Assembly: GCA_977017575.1 (NCBI GenBank)
Contig: CDRNVI010000053.1
Location: 496,001-560,000 of the forward strand
DNA from: Paramoeba atlantica
Taxonomy: Eukaryota; Protista; Discosea
DNA: 64,000 bases
Direction of reading: 5' to 3'
In this document: piece after piece, positions 28,276-38,437 of the stretch
How the letters are laid out: every line of letters starts with the position of its first letter
How positions within the stretch are numbered: the stretch's first letter is position 1
Made by a program: the position numbers and the translations under genes
Notes under the pieces: model-generated
Seen by the model: only the letters and a program-made list of their open reading frames with translations
Told to the model about the DNA's origin: nothing
The model's database searches: none

Positions 28276-29867
28276 CTTCCCCCCCTACTTATGCGCAACC
28301 GTTTGACCCGGCCACTTAAGCGCAATTTTGACACATCGTTCAGAAGAACAGCGCCGCAAAGCGGCGCGATTTTTTTTTTGTGGTACGAATTTTTGTACCA
28401 ATTTTCGCCGCTGTTGAAATGGAGAGTCTGCAGGTAGTCCCGTTGGGCGTTCAAAAATGATCTCCAGCGATCTCCTCTGATCCACACTGACCTCCACCGA
28501 TCTGTACGGCGAGTCTTTGCATGCTATACTGTACTGTACATCAGAGGAACTCTCCTGCCACGTACTGTACGCTTTTGAAATGATCAGTGCACCAGCGTGC
28601 GGCACCGCCTAGATGTGGGGCGGGTAAAGATAACGTCGGTAACTGCACTACAAATGCATGATAAACTAAACTTTAATTTATACACTATTTCGGACCCATG
28701 CTGTTAAAAGTCCATTCTTTTCCTACAATTGATCGGGTGCTCGCAAAAAAGGCGCTTACTCCGTGATGTGGTCATTTGAGGGCATAAGTAACCATACAAG
28801 CGAAGTACTGTACCTCCTCCCTAGTTATCTCTCACACGTCACCCCCTGTCCGACTGATCTTCCAATGAATCGGTAAACCCTTCGAACTTCGAAAAATTAC
28901 CTACAGCGTTCGCAACCGGTCGCCATTGGTTGCCACCGTTCGACAGCGAGCTACAGGTACCGTCTGCACCCCCTCCGCTGATGGTACTGACGCCTACCAA
29001 CTACCATTTTCTTTCATTATTTTTTATAACTATAATTATACACTGCCGACTAATATTATTGAGTTTTTAATTATTGGCGAAGCTACGCAACTTTTAATTA
29101 AAAAATCAATAATTTTTGTGCCAATAATTTTTGCAGAAATTTGTACACATCGACAAACAACAGGGGCGGAAAAAACCCAAAATTAGGTCAAAAGGGTTTT
29201 TTGTGCTCACAAAAAGATTCAAGATTTTTTACGGGGAAGAAAATTGCTTTTCACCAAAAAATTATTATACCTAGGAGGTACAATAAGTGTCCCTTGGTAT
29301 AACCAGGAAGGTGGTTTACATCTCTCTAATTTTGTTAAATGCGTTGCGAAGGGCAGGTTATTAAGTGGTCATTAAGTGAGGGGCTGCGGGTGTGTGATCT
29401 CACATGATTTCACGGCCGGGTGTTGAGATAAAGCCAATCCTGCTCCTACGTCAAATCCTCTCATGAAATTTGAGTTTTTGTGCAAAATCTATGACACTCT
29501 TCTCTAAAAAGTGACTGCCAAGATCAGACCTCATGAGAAATTCAAAAATAAAACAAAAAAAAATGTTTCTCGCCCAACATTGACAGCTTTTAATTAAAAA
29601 AACAATATTTTTTGTGTCATGAAATTTAGCGATAATAATTTTTGGCTTGGGTGTATTTCATTTTTAGTTATAAAATATAATTCATAAAAATTAATGAAAG
29701 GGGGAGTATGTAAAAAGCAGCCCCCCAGGGTACCCCGCGTACATAACTCATGATTGAAACACGCGCCGCGAAGCGACGCGAAATTTTTTTTCACCCCTTT
29801 TTTTGACCCGGCTACTTATGCGCAATTTTAGGCCAAAACCTGGTTGCGCTTAAGTGGGGGGGGACAG
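28276..29867. mobile_element. TA-flanked TIR element, CTGTCCCC family, 1592 bp, no intact ORF
   Basis: Left TA|CTTCCCCCCCTACTTATGCGCAACC; right end reverse-complements to TA|CTGTCCCCCCCCACTTAAGCGCAACC. Both subterminal regions share TTTGACCCGGC.ACTTA.GCGCAATTTT and the GC hairpin plus T-run. Confidence 0.75.
28458..28507 (+). repeat. Degenerate 10-bp tandem repeat, five units
   Basis: TGATCTCCAG / CGATCTCCTC / TGATCCACAC / TGACCTCCAC / CGATCTGTAC. Confidence 0.6.
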
Positions 29868-29934
29868 TAGCACCTAAATTGCGCAAAAAATCTAATTATT
29901 CTTAAATTCTTCATGCTTCTCGTTACACATGCTT

Positions 29935-30773
29935 TCATCTATCTTCAAATCCTAGTCTGTTTGCCCGACAGTTTAGTTCAATCTTTAGTTGGTTGTTCTG
30001 GATTTCTACGATGTTATTAGAAACACCTTCGCTGGTAACCCACTCTATTCGGTGGTTTACAACCGGTACAACCTGGTTTACAACAAGGTAACTAAGTGCC
30101 AAGCTTGCACGCCATCCGTCAACTGCACGCCACCGTGCGCGTCCCAGCGCATGGGGCAAATGCAGCACATGGGGCGTCATTGTAGACTCTGATCGATTCA
30201 CTAGGCTTTTTACAAAGACTTTATGTGTCTTATCGGTCACATTACCACCAAGGTGTGGAAACATTGTTGGTCCTGCTTGGCTCCGATTACATCTCCCCCC
30301 TCTTCACCTTACTCGTACAAGTCTCATCTTTTTGCATAAAATTAACGGTTCCTCCTTAAGCCAACGAATATCGTGAGCTTGAAACACTAAGAATATTGCT
30401 TTCTTGAGAAAAACGAGTAATGGTCTTGACATTCACCTTTGATGCATAACAACAAACTTATATTACGATGCTTCCGCTATACCGTAGAGCATAATCAAGG
30501 TTTCCTTCGCCGTACTGCGCCGCCGTTTGTTGAACAAGGGTCCATCCTTCCAGAACTTCGCTCGACAAGCGTGTCTATCACAACAAAACCAGTAGTTTTC
30601 TTTCAGTTTGTATGCGACTTCCTCTGTATGACAGGATTTCCGACAAGAAACGTTCTGAAAAAATAGGTGGTGCCTACAAAACCACGTTACTATTTGGTCT
30701 TCGCTTAAATGAGATGCATACGTACGACGTTCAGAGACTGATACGCACGTTTTTCGCACCCGTGGCAGTCCAT
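29935..30773 (-). pseudogene. Merlin (IS1016/IS1595/ISXO2-like) DDE transposase pseudogene
   Basis: Mosaic translation across frameshifts and stops: Zn-ribbon CRKSC..YWFCCDRHAC..GPLF; HTH-like SKVNVKTITRF; GGTVNFMQKDET (D1, 30320-28); LGG..DKT.KVF..NRSEST; VDGWRA (D2, 30112-20); VVNHRIEWVTSEGVSNNIVE (E, 30004-06). Confidence 0.85.
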
Positions 30774-31891
30774 TTTAAATATTATGTTCTTCATTGTTAC
30801 TGTCCCCCCCCCTACTTAAGAGTCCGCGGGGTACCCCCCTACTTAAGAATCCTTTTTGAGAGAGCCTCGGGCTGCCTGCGGCGCGAAGCGCCGCCAGATT
30901 TTTTTTTTGATTTTTTCTCTGTTTTCTTTGATTTTTTTGTTGTCTGCCCATTGCGTTTAGCTGTGTTTTTAATATTTCCAAGCTATTTATACTTGATGGT
31001 ACTCCGAGGAAGGGGCAGACTACGGGCAGGCATGGTACACAACCATCCTCCTCAACCCCCTTCAACTCTCTCGCGAACTGATCGAAGTTCCAGAGGTCCG
31101 TAAAATTACAAAAACTATTTTATAGTACTATTACAGTACTATAAACTTTGAAACACTATATATAAAAACTATATTTTTTTACTATTTTTCTTAGTAAGTT
31201 TTTTCAGAAAGTATTGTTTGAAATGCCGACTCGACGCAATTTATTTTTATCACTCTCGTTTTCTTGAAAGATTTCTCACTATTTTTCTCATCATTATGCC
31301 CAACAAGCGTCGTGGTCAAGCTCAAATCGTTTTTTTACACTTCGTTGAAGTCGATGGGGAAATCGACCTACTTTAATTTCAGATGTGTTCCAGCCCAGAC
31401 GCCTTGTCTTCTTAGGTCACTTTTCCTGTCGAAGTACAATGTGTAAATGTGAAATAGGGGGTAAGTGATTCGTCAAATTTCTTCAAAAGATTATGAATTT
31501 TGCAGGTATTGAATCTTGCAGGCTGTGCGAGGTGTTTTTATGTTTACCTTGCCATTGAATACGCCACGTCTAGGATCCAACGAGTGATCTAACGGGAACT
31601 CGTTGGACAACTGTAATGCGGTTTGCACGCTACAAGGAAAGAGCATTATGGGAAGAACTTGTTGTGAGCTATAGGATCCCGTCTTTTTCCACTTCTGGAC
31701 AAAAACTACAACTCTTTTCACTTTTTTCTACGCGTCAGCGTATCCACACCACTTGCTCCACCTGACATCTCGTGACCCCTCTAAGCCTCTACACCTCCAT
31801 CGGCTCTCTCCAGCGAAATTCCTCCAGGTCCATCGCCCGATCTGTCTACCGAGCGCCTTCCTGGACATGAAACACTGATAAACACCACATA

Positions 31892-32238
31892 CAGTGTGGG
31901 GCTTTATCACGGGACGGGTTAATTAAGGGACACCCCCCATCAAGGCCAAAGTGTCCCGTAATTAACCGTCCCTTAATTCTCCTTTTTTTTCAAGGCTTTA
32001 CTATACCTTTTTTTTTCCATTATCTTCCTTTACTTGTCTCCTTTTTCGTTCCCTTGTCTTACAAAAACATTTTTATGTGTGCCTGTTAACTTGCGCGCTC
32101 TGTGATTTGAGCGCTACACTTGTAGTTCGTTTGTCCCATTCCAAATATATGACTCCACCCCCATATTGTCCCTTAAATACCCGTCCCGTAATTAAACTGT
32201 CCCGTAATTAAACCGTCCCGTAATAACACCACGCACTG
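31892..32238. mobile_element. 347-bp CAGTG-TIR MITE nested in the 30800-32787 element
   Basis: TA at 31890-91 and 32239-40; 41-bp TIRs match at 34 of 41 positions; three tandem GTCCCGTAATTAAAC-type subterminal repeats at about 32183-32227. Confidence 0.8.
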
Positions 32239-32243
32239 TAGTT

Positions 32244-32299
32244 TTTATAGTACTATATAGTGTTTATAGTACTATAAACGAGGTTTATAGTACTATAAA
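32244..32299. repeat. Tandem AT-rich palindromes (TTTATAGTACTATAAA)
   Basis: Perfect 18-bp palindrome GTTTATAGTACTATAAAC at 32262-79; perfect 16-bp copy at 32284-99; partial copy at 32244; related copies at 31118-31146. Confidence 0.75.
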
Positions 32300-33067
32300 T
32301 TTTCTTGAAACACTATAAACTATCTATAAATAGTTTTAGGGACCTCTGCGAAGTTCTTCTCCCCTCCGATCACCCTCCTCACACGAGAACGGCAAATCTG
32401 CCGACCAACCCCCTTCATCTATCTCCTCACCTAGCCACGGTAACGTTCCGCTACCCCATTCCGGGAGCCAACCCCGTTCTCTTTTATCCCAAGTGTACGC
32501 AGTATTGCTTTACGAATATCATTATATTCTCCTGCATATCAAGGGCCATATTCTGAATATTTATGACAGTTTTCTTGAACATGCCTCAGTAGCACGTGGG
32601 GCTTAACAGTAGCACGTCGGGTACAGACGCCGACTTTCATTAGACAAAAATAGAGGAAAAAAGATAGAGATAAAAAACATAAACAAAAAGGGAACCGGGA
32701 ATATTAAATTTTTATGAAAGAATGATGACCCCCCACTTCAGAGTCCAAATGCCCAAAATCGGCGGTCTCTTAAGTAGGGGGGGACAGTATATCCTTTAGT
32801 GTTATGTCCTTTAATGTTATGTAGACGTGAGCAAGTGTTAAAAGTGAAAGAATATGACCCAAGGTGCTTATGAATGTATTTAGAAGAACCTCAAAAGTCA
32901 CTTTTGAAATATACACTTTTGAAAAGTGTATATAAAAAATGGTTTTTTGCGTAATTAAAGTACTACTCCATATTCTCTTTTCAACTCTACCTTAACGGTT
33001 ACACATGCAATGAAGTGAATTTGTTCCACCTATCGCTATTGCGCCATCTATTATACTTCTAGCTGTC

Positions 33068-33808
33068 ATGCACTCCGTCCGAATATCTCTTGATCCCGGC
33101 ATACGCAACTGGGTTCTATTTCCCCTTGTAGTAATAGTTTTTTGCTTTCTTTTGATTCGACATTATGTGACTGCATTAGTATCGCCTAACAAAGTTGAAG
33201 ATGTTCGACAGAAGGAGCTGGTCAAGCCATTGCAGCACGCGAAACTCTTGGAAAACTCTTTCGTTCTACCTCCCGATTCGTTTCAAAAACACTATGATGA
33301 GTTGACAAATACAGAGAACGGTCTGTTGCACGCACCAGTGAAGAACACTGAGATAGAAGCCATGATGAATCCCGTACAAATGAATAAGGTGATGCTTCAA
33401 CAACTTTCAGGAATGCTACCTAACTTACTGATGATGTCCATCGTATCCTATTTCTTCTCCGGGGTTATCATCGCACGAGTTCCTTTCACCCTGCCGGAGA
33501 GTTTTCGCCCGATGTTGCAAAGGGGGGTTAACCTACCTGCCTTAGACGTATCATATGTGACATCACTTTCTATGTATTTTTTGCTTCTGTTTGGTTTGCG
33601 TGGGGTTGTGAATCTAGTATTGGGGGAGACACCTCAAAGTGAGGGTGTGATAATGCCTCCTGTGTTCCCAGGATCTGCACATGGCGTTGACTATGAAAAG
33701 CTATACAAACAAGCTCTAGAGGATTTGAAAGTCGTAAAAGCGCACTATAAGTGTAAACTTGACGTTTTTTCTTGCATCTTAGATGACGCATCCAGCATAG
33801 AGACATGA
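33068..33808 (+). CDS. EMC3: ER membrane protein complex subunit 3
   Basis: LDPGIRNWVLFP; SYFFSGVIIARVPFTL..FRPMLQRG...LDVSYVTSLSMYFL. Confidence 0.95.
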   Translation: MHSVRISLDPGIRNWVLFPLVVIVFCFLLIRHYVTALVSPNKVEDVRQKELVKPLQHAKLLENSFVLPPDSFQKHYDELTNTENGLLHAPVKNTEIEAMMNPVQMNKVMLQQLSGMLPNLLMMSIVSYFFSGVIIARVPFTLPESFRPMLQRGVNLPALDVSYVTSLSMYFLLLFGLRGVVNLVLGETPQSEGVIMPPVFPGSAHGVDYEKLYKQALEDLKVVKAHYKCKLDVFSCILDDASSIET

Positions 33809-34013
33809 TATGGCGTTCATCTTTTGTACTTCGAATCGGAGTTGCGAAGCGTTTGAAACAAATAGGATACGAATCTATCTAAAATGATTGCATGAAATAG
33901 TGCTTCAGTTTTGCTGTGCTTTGAATATTTAGCTTTCCGGAGGACTTCATTCTAAAAAAAATGGTTTTTCTCCAGAAGATATTGTCACTTTATTCTAATC
34001 AATTGTAGTTTCC

Positions 34014-35411
34014 ATGTCGGAAGCTGTTCTCCACATTTTACCTCCGAGAGGCGGGTTCATGTCCTTACCCGTGAATCCATTGTATGATCCCAAGCCACCA
34101 CGATTGAGCGATGTTGGCGAACATTCTTCCTCGGATTTTGAGGAGGACGTGCCGCAAAAATCTGACTATCCATATTATTGCGACTCATGTCGCAGTGGTT
34201 TCGAAACAGAGGAGACGTATCGCTCGCATCTTACCAAACATATTTGGTGCGATGCCCCTGGATGTCGTTTCACTTGTCTAAAGGCAAAGGAGTGGAAACT
34301 TGAATTACACAAATCTGCCCTACACGACCGTCCTGATGCGCCTGATCTTACCAATACGCATCAATATCTTGAAACGCGCCGAGATAAATTTCCAACACGT
34401 GATAAAGTATTGACCAAAGTCGAGGAATTGGAAATGAAAGCGGCACGAGGTGCAATACTAGATTCCGAACAGCGTCGCTGGCTACGAATGCAGGGAGTAC
34501 GATTCGAACGATCCGGAGTCTCAAAAAGGGTTTCGTCCTCGGAGAAACAGACCGTGGAGCAAGGTAGGGATACGCAGCGAGGTTCCAGAGGCTCGGGAAT
34601 CACTTTGGGGAATATTCGGCAGCTGCGGGGACGCGCTCGTACCTCCGCCATGGTGGAGGTGATGAAAGAAAAATACCAAGGTTTGCAACGAGCTCCATCC
34701 TATTATGTGTGTCACCGCTGTGGAGAAAAGGGACAACATTGGTCCCACGAGTGTCCCACGCAAGGTGACAAGACGTATGACCGCAATTTTAGACCAGCCG
34801 TTCAAAGTCGAAACCAAACTTCTCATGCAGCATCTGTTGAAACTGCACATGATCATATGGAGTGCAATAGTAAAAGAAGAGTCCTTGAATCCAGTGATGC
34901 ATCTAGTTCGGGTTCGGAAAGTGATAAATCGAGGAACTCCATTGATAAAAGACACAAGACCAAAAAATCCAGCCATACTGAAAATTTCGGTGTACAGTCG
35001 CTACCGTGTAGTAAATCAGAACAAGGTGACGAACCAATTCAGATTGATAGTTCTGTTGATCCTTTGGCTTCTAAAGGGGAAAATACCGAGCATGCGGTCC
35101 TTCAAGATACTCCTCACCAAGCACGTGAAGCAGTACAGCTGAACTCGGAAGTACAAATACAACATCACTTGCAAAATGCAACAAACTCTTCTGATCTTCA
35201 AAAGAGCACTCCCCATTCAAGAGCACACCAAAACGCGTCTTCAGTCGTCAGGAATACAGCAACGAAGAGGAGAAGAGTTCCTCCTCTCACATTGTACAAC
35301 AGACTTACCGAGGATGAAAGGCTCACGGAGAGAGGTCTAATTTTACAGGCTATTCGTTATTTTGTAGCAACAGATTTTTTAACGAATTACCCAGCGTGGG
35401 AGCATGACTAG
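34014..35411 (+). CDS. NUFIP1: NUFIP1/Rsa1-like box C/D snoRNP assembly factor with an extra zinc knuckle
   Basis: Two C2H2-like fingers (CDSC..H, CDAPGC..H), RRDKFPT motif, C-terminal ERGLILQAIRYFVATDFL; internal CHRCGEKGQHWSHEC knuckle. Confidence 0.8.
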   Translation: MSEAVLHILPPRGGFMSLPVNPLYDPKPPRLSDVGEHSSSDFEEDVPQKSDYPYYCDSCRSGFETEETYRSHLTKHIWCDAPGCRFTCLKAKEWKLELHKSALHDRPDAPDLTNTHQYLETRRDKFPTRDKVLTKVEELEMKAARGAILDSEQRRWLRMQGVRFERSGVSKRVSSSEKQTVEQGRDTQRGSRGSGITLGNIRQLRGRARTSAMVEVMKEKYQGLQRAPSYYVCHRCGEKGQHWSHECPTQGDKTYDRNFRPAVQSRNQTSHAASVETAHDHMECNSKRRVLESSDASSSGSESDKSRNSIDKRHKTKKSSHTENFGVQSLPCSKSEQGDEPIQIDSSVDPLASKGENTEHAVLQDTPHQAREAVQLNSEVQIQHHLQNATNSSDLQKSTPHSRAHQNASSVVRNTATKRRRVPPLTLYNRLTEDERLTERGLILQAIRYFVATDFLTNYPAWEHD

Positions 35412-35815
35412 GATTCCTAGTCAATCGTACTAGCTATTGGTGTCACGAAGCAAGCAACTACTCTCAAGAGAAGAAAACAAACCGTCAAGAGTTCAACGAG
35501 CAAATACTGTCAGCCTAAACTAGAGGGAGGTGGACAACCTGCTACTGTTCCAAGTGAGATTTAAGGACTTTATATTATAAGGAAGTTAATTATAGATTTT
35601 ATATTAAACTTCTGAATATTGACATTTCCCAGGCCTCTCGTAGCGTCTTGTTACCATGTTAGTACGTTGTTACCTTGTTCAATGCATTGTATTCCCATTT
35701 CGTCCTGTAAATTACACAGTATCTTAACTACAGTAGGTGCCCTATTGTGTAGGAACTGATGAATATTTCTAAATACTTCATCGCATTTGGTTACTTCATC
35801 GTAAATGGTTCTCTT

Positions 35816-38113
35816 ATGAATCACATTCCCACTACTGTTCTTGGTGGTGACTCGTCGCGGCATAAACGTCAACGAACAGAAAATAAAAGCATCTCGGCTG
35901 TTAGTAAAACCAAAGATAATGCTAAATACTGTGTCGAAGGGTGGACACTTCCATATTCACCGTATACATCACAAGTACAAATAATAGAAACATTAAGCAC
36001 TGCGCTTCACGAGGGTTCTCATTGCATTGTCGAAAGTCCTACCGGGACCGGTAAAACACTAGCGCTATTGTGTGCAACTTTACATTATCATAGCGAACTA
36101 CGAAAGAAATCACCGATGATGCTTAAACAGGTTATTAGATCTCGCGTAGAGAACAGGGAATCCGAACACCAACTTCCAATAACAATTCGAGGTGCGAATC
36201 GGTTGAAGAAGGCGATATCTGCACCACGTAATCCTTCACTACTCAATACTGAATTAGAAGTCTTTTGCGGAGAGGAAGAGAATGGTGACAGCCTACTAGA
36301 GAGTGGAAACATAGTACCTCCCATTTTTTATGCTTCACGAACACATTCTCAATTAGCACAAGCTGTTTCCGAGTTGCGGAAGATGAGTAGGGGGAGCGTC
36401 CATATGAATCTTCTGGCCGGGCGAAATCAGTATTGTGTCAATGAGAGGGTTCGCACTTCGCTTCCTCATGAGCGAAATAACTTAGGGGAAATGTGTGACA
36501 AAGCCGTCTTATTGAACCAATGTTCTTCTTGGGAAGGTTACGATGCGCTTGCAGAGCTAGTGTCTTCGAAACCTCATGAGTGGAACATTGAAGATTTAAT
36601 TCAGGAAGGAAAGAGCCAGGACGGGTGCCCCTACTACGCTTCTAGAGAATTGGTCAACACAGCTTATATTACATTTTGTCCTTACAACTATTTGTTAAAT
36701 CCATTGATTCGACATGAAACGAAAATTGAAGGCAGGATACGACACTCAGTTGTAGTATTTGACGAAGCTCACAATATAGAAGAAGTGAGTCGGTCATCGC
36801 TTGACTGCTTATTATTTTGTGAAGAGCTCTCAGTAGCAATAGATGAGATTGAGCCGTTTATTGGAGGGAGACCATTACATTACACTAAAAGCTTTGGGTT
36901 TGGAAAGTATCTTCTTGCTGATGCATGTGGACTAGTCGTACGAATCATGCGCTCGATTCTTGAGGTTGTACAAACTTGGTCTATTGGGAATCACGCAGTT
37001 AAAAAACTGATAGAAAAGTTTAGCTTCTTAGGTGATATTGCAACTAAAAAGGAGGAAACGCAGCTGTTTCATGCAACACTAAAAGCTTTTTTGAAGCTTG
37101 GGGTTACATTTAATCCATTTGACGCCGCCGTTTCATCGATTCACACTTCTAAAAATGTGCTTGTTTTCCTCCACCTTGCTATTTATCGTCCACGTGCGTT
37201 TACCGTCTTGGTTCGGAAGAACCGGGAAAAGTTTGAAGCATTTTGCTCTGATTCTTCTTTAGCATTTCAACTTCTGGCTCAAGACGTTGGCGTTATTTGT
37301 TTAGCGTCCGGTACATTGGCACCGAAATCTTATATTTCTTCTGAGCTAGGCGTTTCCTTTAGGCATGAAGTGCGCGCTCAACACACAGTAGACCTAGAAA
37401 AGGCAGTACGCATGTTAGTGATTCCTTTTTTGGGTCGGTGTACTTACAGTACCATGTACAGCGACAACTTTGCCGACCGAGTTGGGGAAACTGTATACTC
37501 AGCTGTGAAGGCAAGCTTCAACGGTCGACTTGTATTCGTTCCGAGCTATAAATTTTTGCGGCACCTTCAAGAACGTTGGACAGGTACTGGTTTTATATCT
37601 CCGTTTCGTTCCCTAGGTTTGCGTGTTGTTTTCGAACCGCCAGACAGTAGGTTATTTCGTCAAGATTTAGATACCTTTCGCGCTGCGTCTCGTTCATCTC
37701 GGGGTGCCGCGTTGTTCGCCGTTTATCGTGGCAAGGCTGCTGAAGGTATCGACTTTACTGATCACATGGCACGTCTTGTAATATGCGTAGGTATTCCGTA
37801 TCGTGCTCTTAACGATGAGCGTACTGTTGCGAAAAAGGAATTCAATGACCAATATGGAGTATGTAGTGGAGATGAATGGTATCTTACGGATGCTATTATT
37901 GCCGTTAATCAAGCGCTCGGTCGATGTATTCGACATAAGGACGTCTATGGTGCCTTAATGTTAATAGATGAACGTTGGGAGGCAGAATCTTTTCGAAGTC
38001 GACTTCCAAGATGGCTTTCCTCGTCCTTTCGGTCTATGTCAAACTCAAACGAGGTAACAGCAGCACTGGTAAGCTTTTTCGCTCCCTATTATTCAAGCAT
38101 AAAGCAATCGTAG
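35816..38113 (+). CDS. Fe-S DEAH helicase of the XPD family, FANCJ/RTEL1-like
   Basis: PYSPYTSQ, ESPTGTGKTLALLC, YASRTHSQL, four Fe-S Cys (YCVN, MCDK, QCSS, CPYY), DEAHN, SGTL, RGKAAEGIDF, NQALGRCIRH. Confidence 0.95.
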   Translation: MNHIPTTVLGGDSSRHKRQRTENKSISAVSKTKDNAKYCVEGWTLPYSPYTSQVQIIETLSTALHEGSHCIVESPTGTGKTLALLCATLHYHSELRKKSPMMLKQVIRSRVENRESEHQLPITIRGANRLKKAISAPRNPSLLNTELEVFCGEEENGDSLLESGNIVPPIFYASRTHSQLAQAVSELRKMSRGSVHMNLLAGRNQYCVNERVRTSLPHERNNLGEMCDKAVLLNQCSSWEGYDALAELVSSKPHEWNIEDLIQEGKSQDGCPYYASRELVNTAYITFCPYNYLLNPLIRHETKIEGRIRHSVVVFDEAHNIEEVSRSSLDCLLFCEELSVAIDEIEPFIGGRPLHYTKSFGFGKYLLADACGLVVRIMRSILEVVQTWSIGNHAVKKLIEKFSFLGDIATKKEETQLFHATLKAFLKLGVTFNPFDAAVSSIHTSKNVLVFLHLAIYRPRAFTVLVRKNREKFEAFCSDSSLAFQLLAQDVGVICLASGTLAPKSYISSELGVSFRHEVRAQHTVDLEKAVRMLVIPFLGRCTYSTMYSDNFADRVGETVYSAVKASFNGRLVFVPSYKFLRHLQERWTGTGFISPFRSLGLRVVFEPPDSRLFRQDLDTFRAASRSSRGAALFAVYRGKAAEGIDFTDHMARLVICVGIPYRALNDERTVAKKEFNDQYGVCSGDEWYLTDAIIAVNQALGRCIRHKDVYGALMLIDERWEAESFRSRLPRWLSSSFRSMSNSNEVTAALVSFFAPYYSSIKQS

Positions 38114-38281
38114 CAAGAAATTACGTGTCACAGAACCGTACGTTTTTGGCCATACCTCTCTTTCAGAGTTGTCTATCACAATTCTCTTATACATACATAC
38201 AGTATGCATTACCGTATGTATTGCCGTTAATGCCCCCTGGCTTTCCAACGACGAAAGCAGCGAAAATTCAGGATTTAGTGT

Positions 38282-38320
38282 AAAGTGAGGGGGTGCGCAA
38301 AGTGAGGGGGTGTGCAAAGT
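38282..38320 (+). repeat. 17-bp direct repeat (2.3 copies), possibly within a decayed element
   Basis: AAAGTGAGGGGGTGCGC / AAAGTGAGGGGGTGTGC / AAAGT. Confidence 0.6.
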
Positions 38321-38437
38321 CATGATGGTGGGTTGAAGGGATGAAAAAAAAATGTTGCGAACATTTTACTTTACTTCATTAACTTTCCTTTACGGGTAAT
38401 TTACAGCCGTAATCTTATTTCCTGTTAGTTTATTTCC

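Larger units (their letters stand above)
30800..32787. mobile_element. TA-flanked TIR element, CTGTCCCC family, 1988 bp, composite
   Basis: Left TA|CTGTCCCCCCCCTACTTAAGAGTCCGC; right end reverse-complements to TA|CTGTCCCCCCCTACTTAAGAGACCGC. It contains a nested MITE and AT-palindrome arrays. Confidence 0.85.

Noticed and set aside
28400-29700. Search for Fanzor/TnpB or transposase cargo in the 28276-29867 element
   Set aside because: No RuvC, zinc-finger or DDE motifs found in the track ORFs or the frames I translated by hand; short ORFs look random.
29849-30820. Reading the two inner CTGTCCCC/GGGGACAG repeats as the Merlin element's own TIRs
   Set aside because: Each repeat matches its distal partner further (GCGCAACC with 28276; GAG.CCGC with 32787), and the TA dinucleotides face the Merlin side, so they belong to the flanking elements.
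32183-32299. Short regularly spaced repeats that might be a CRISPR-like array
   Set aside because: Units are adjacent with no unique spacers; they are subterminal MITE repeats and AT palindromes, with no cas-like gene nearby.
38209-38400. Possible TACCGTA-type (pogo/Tigger-like) MITE between FANCJ and XPOT
   Set aside because: The putative right TIR matches only in short patches; only the internal 17-bp direct repeat is reported.
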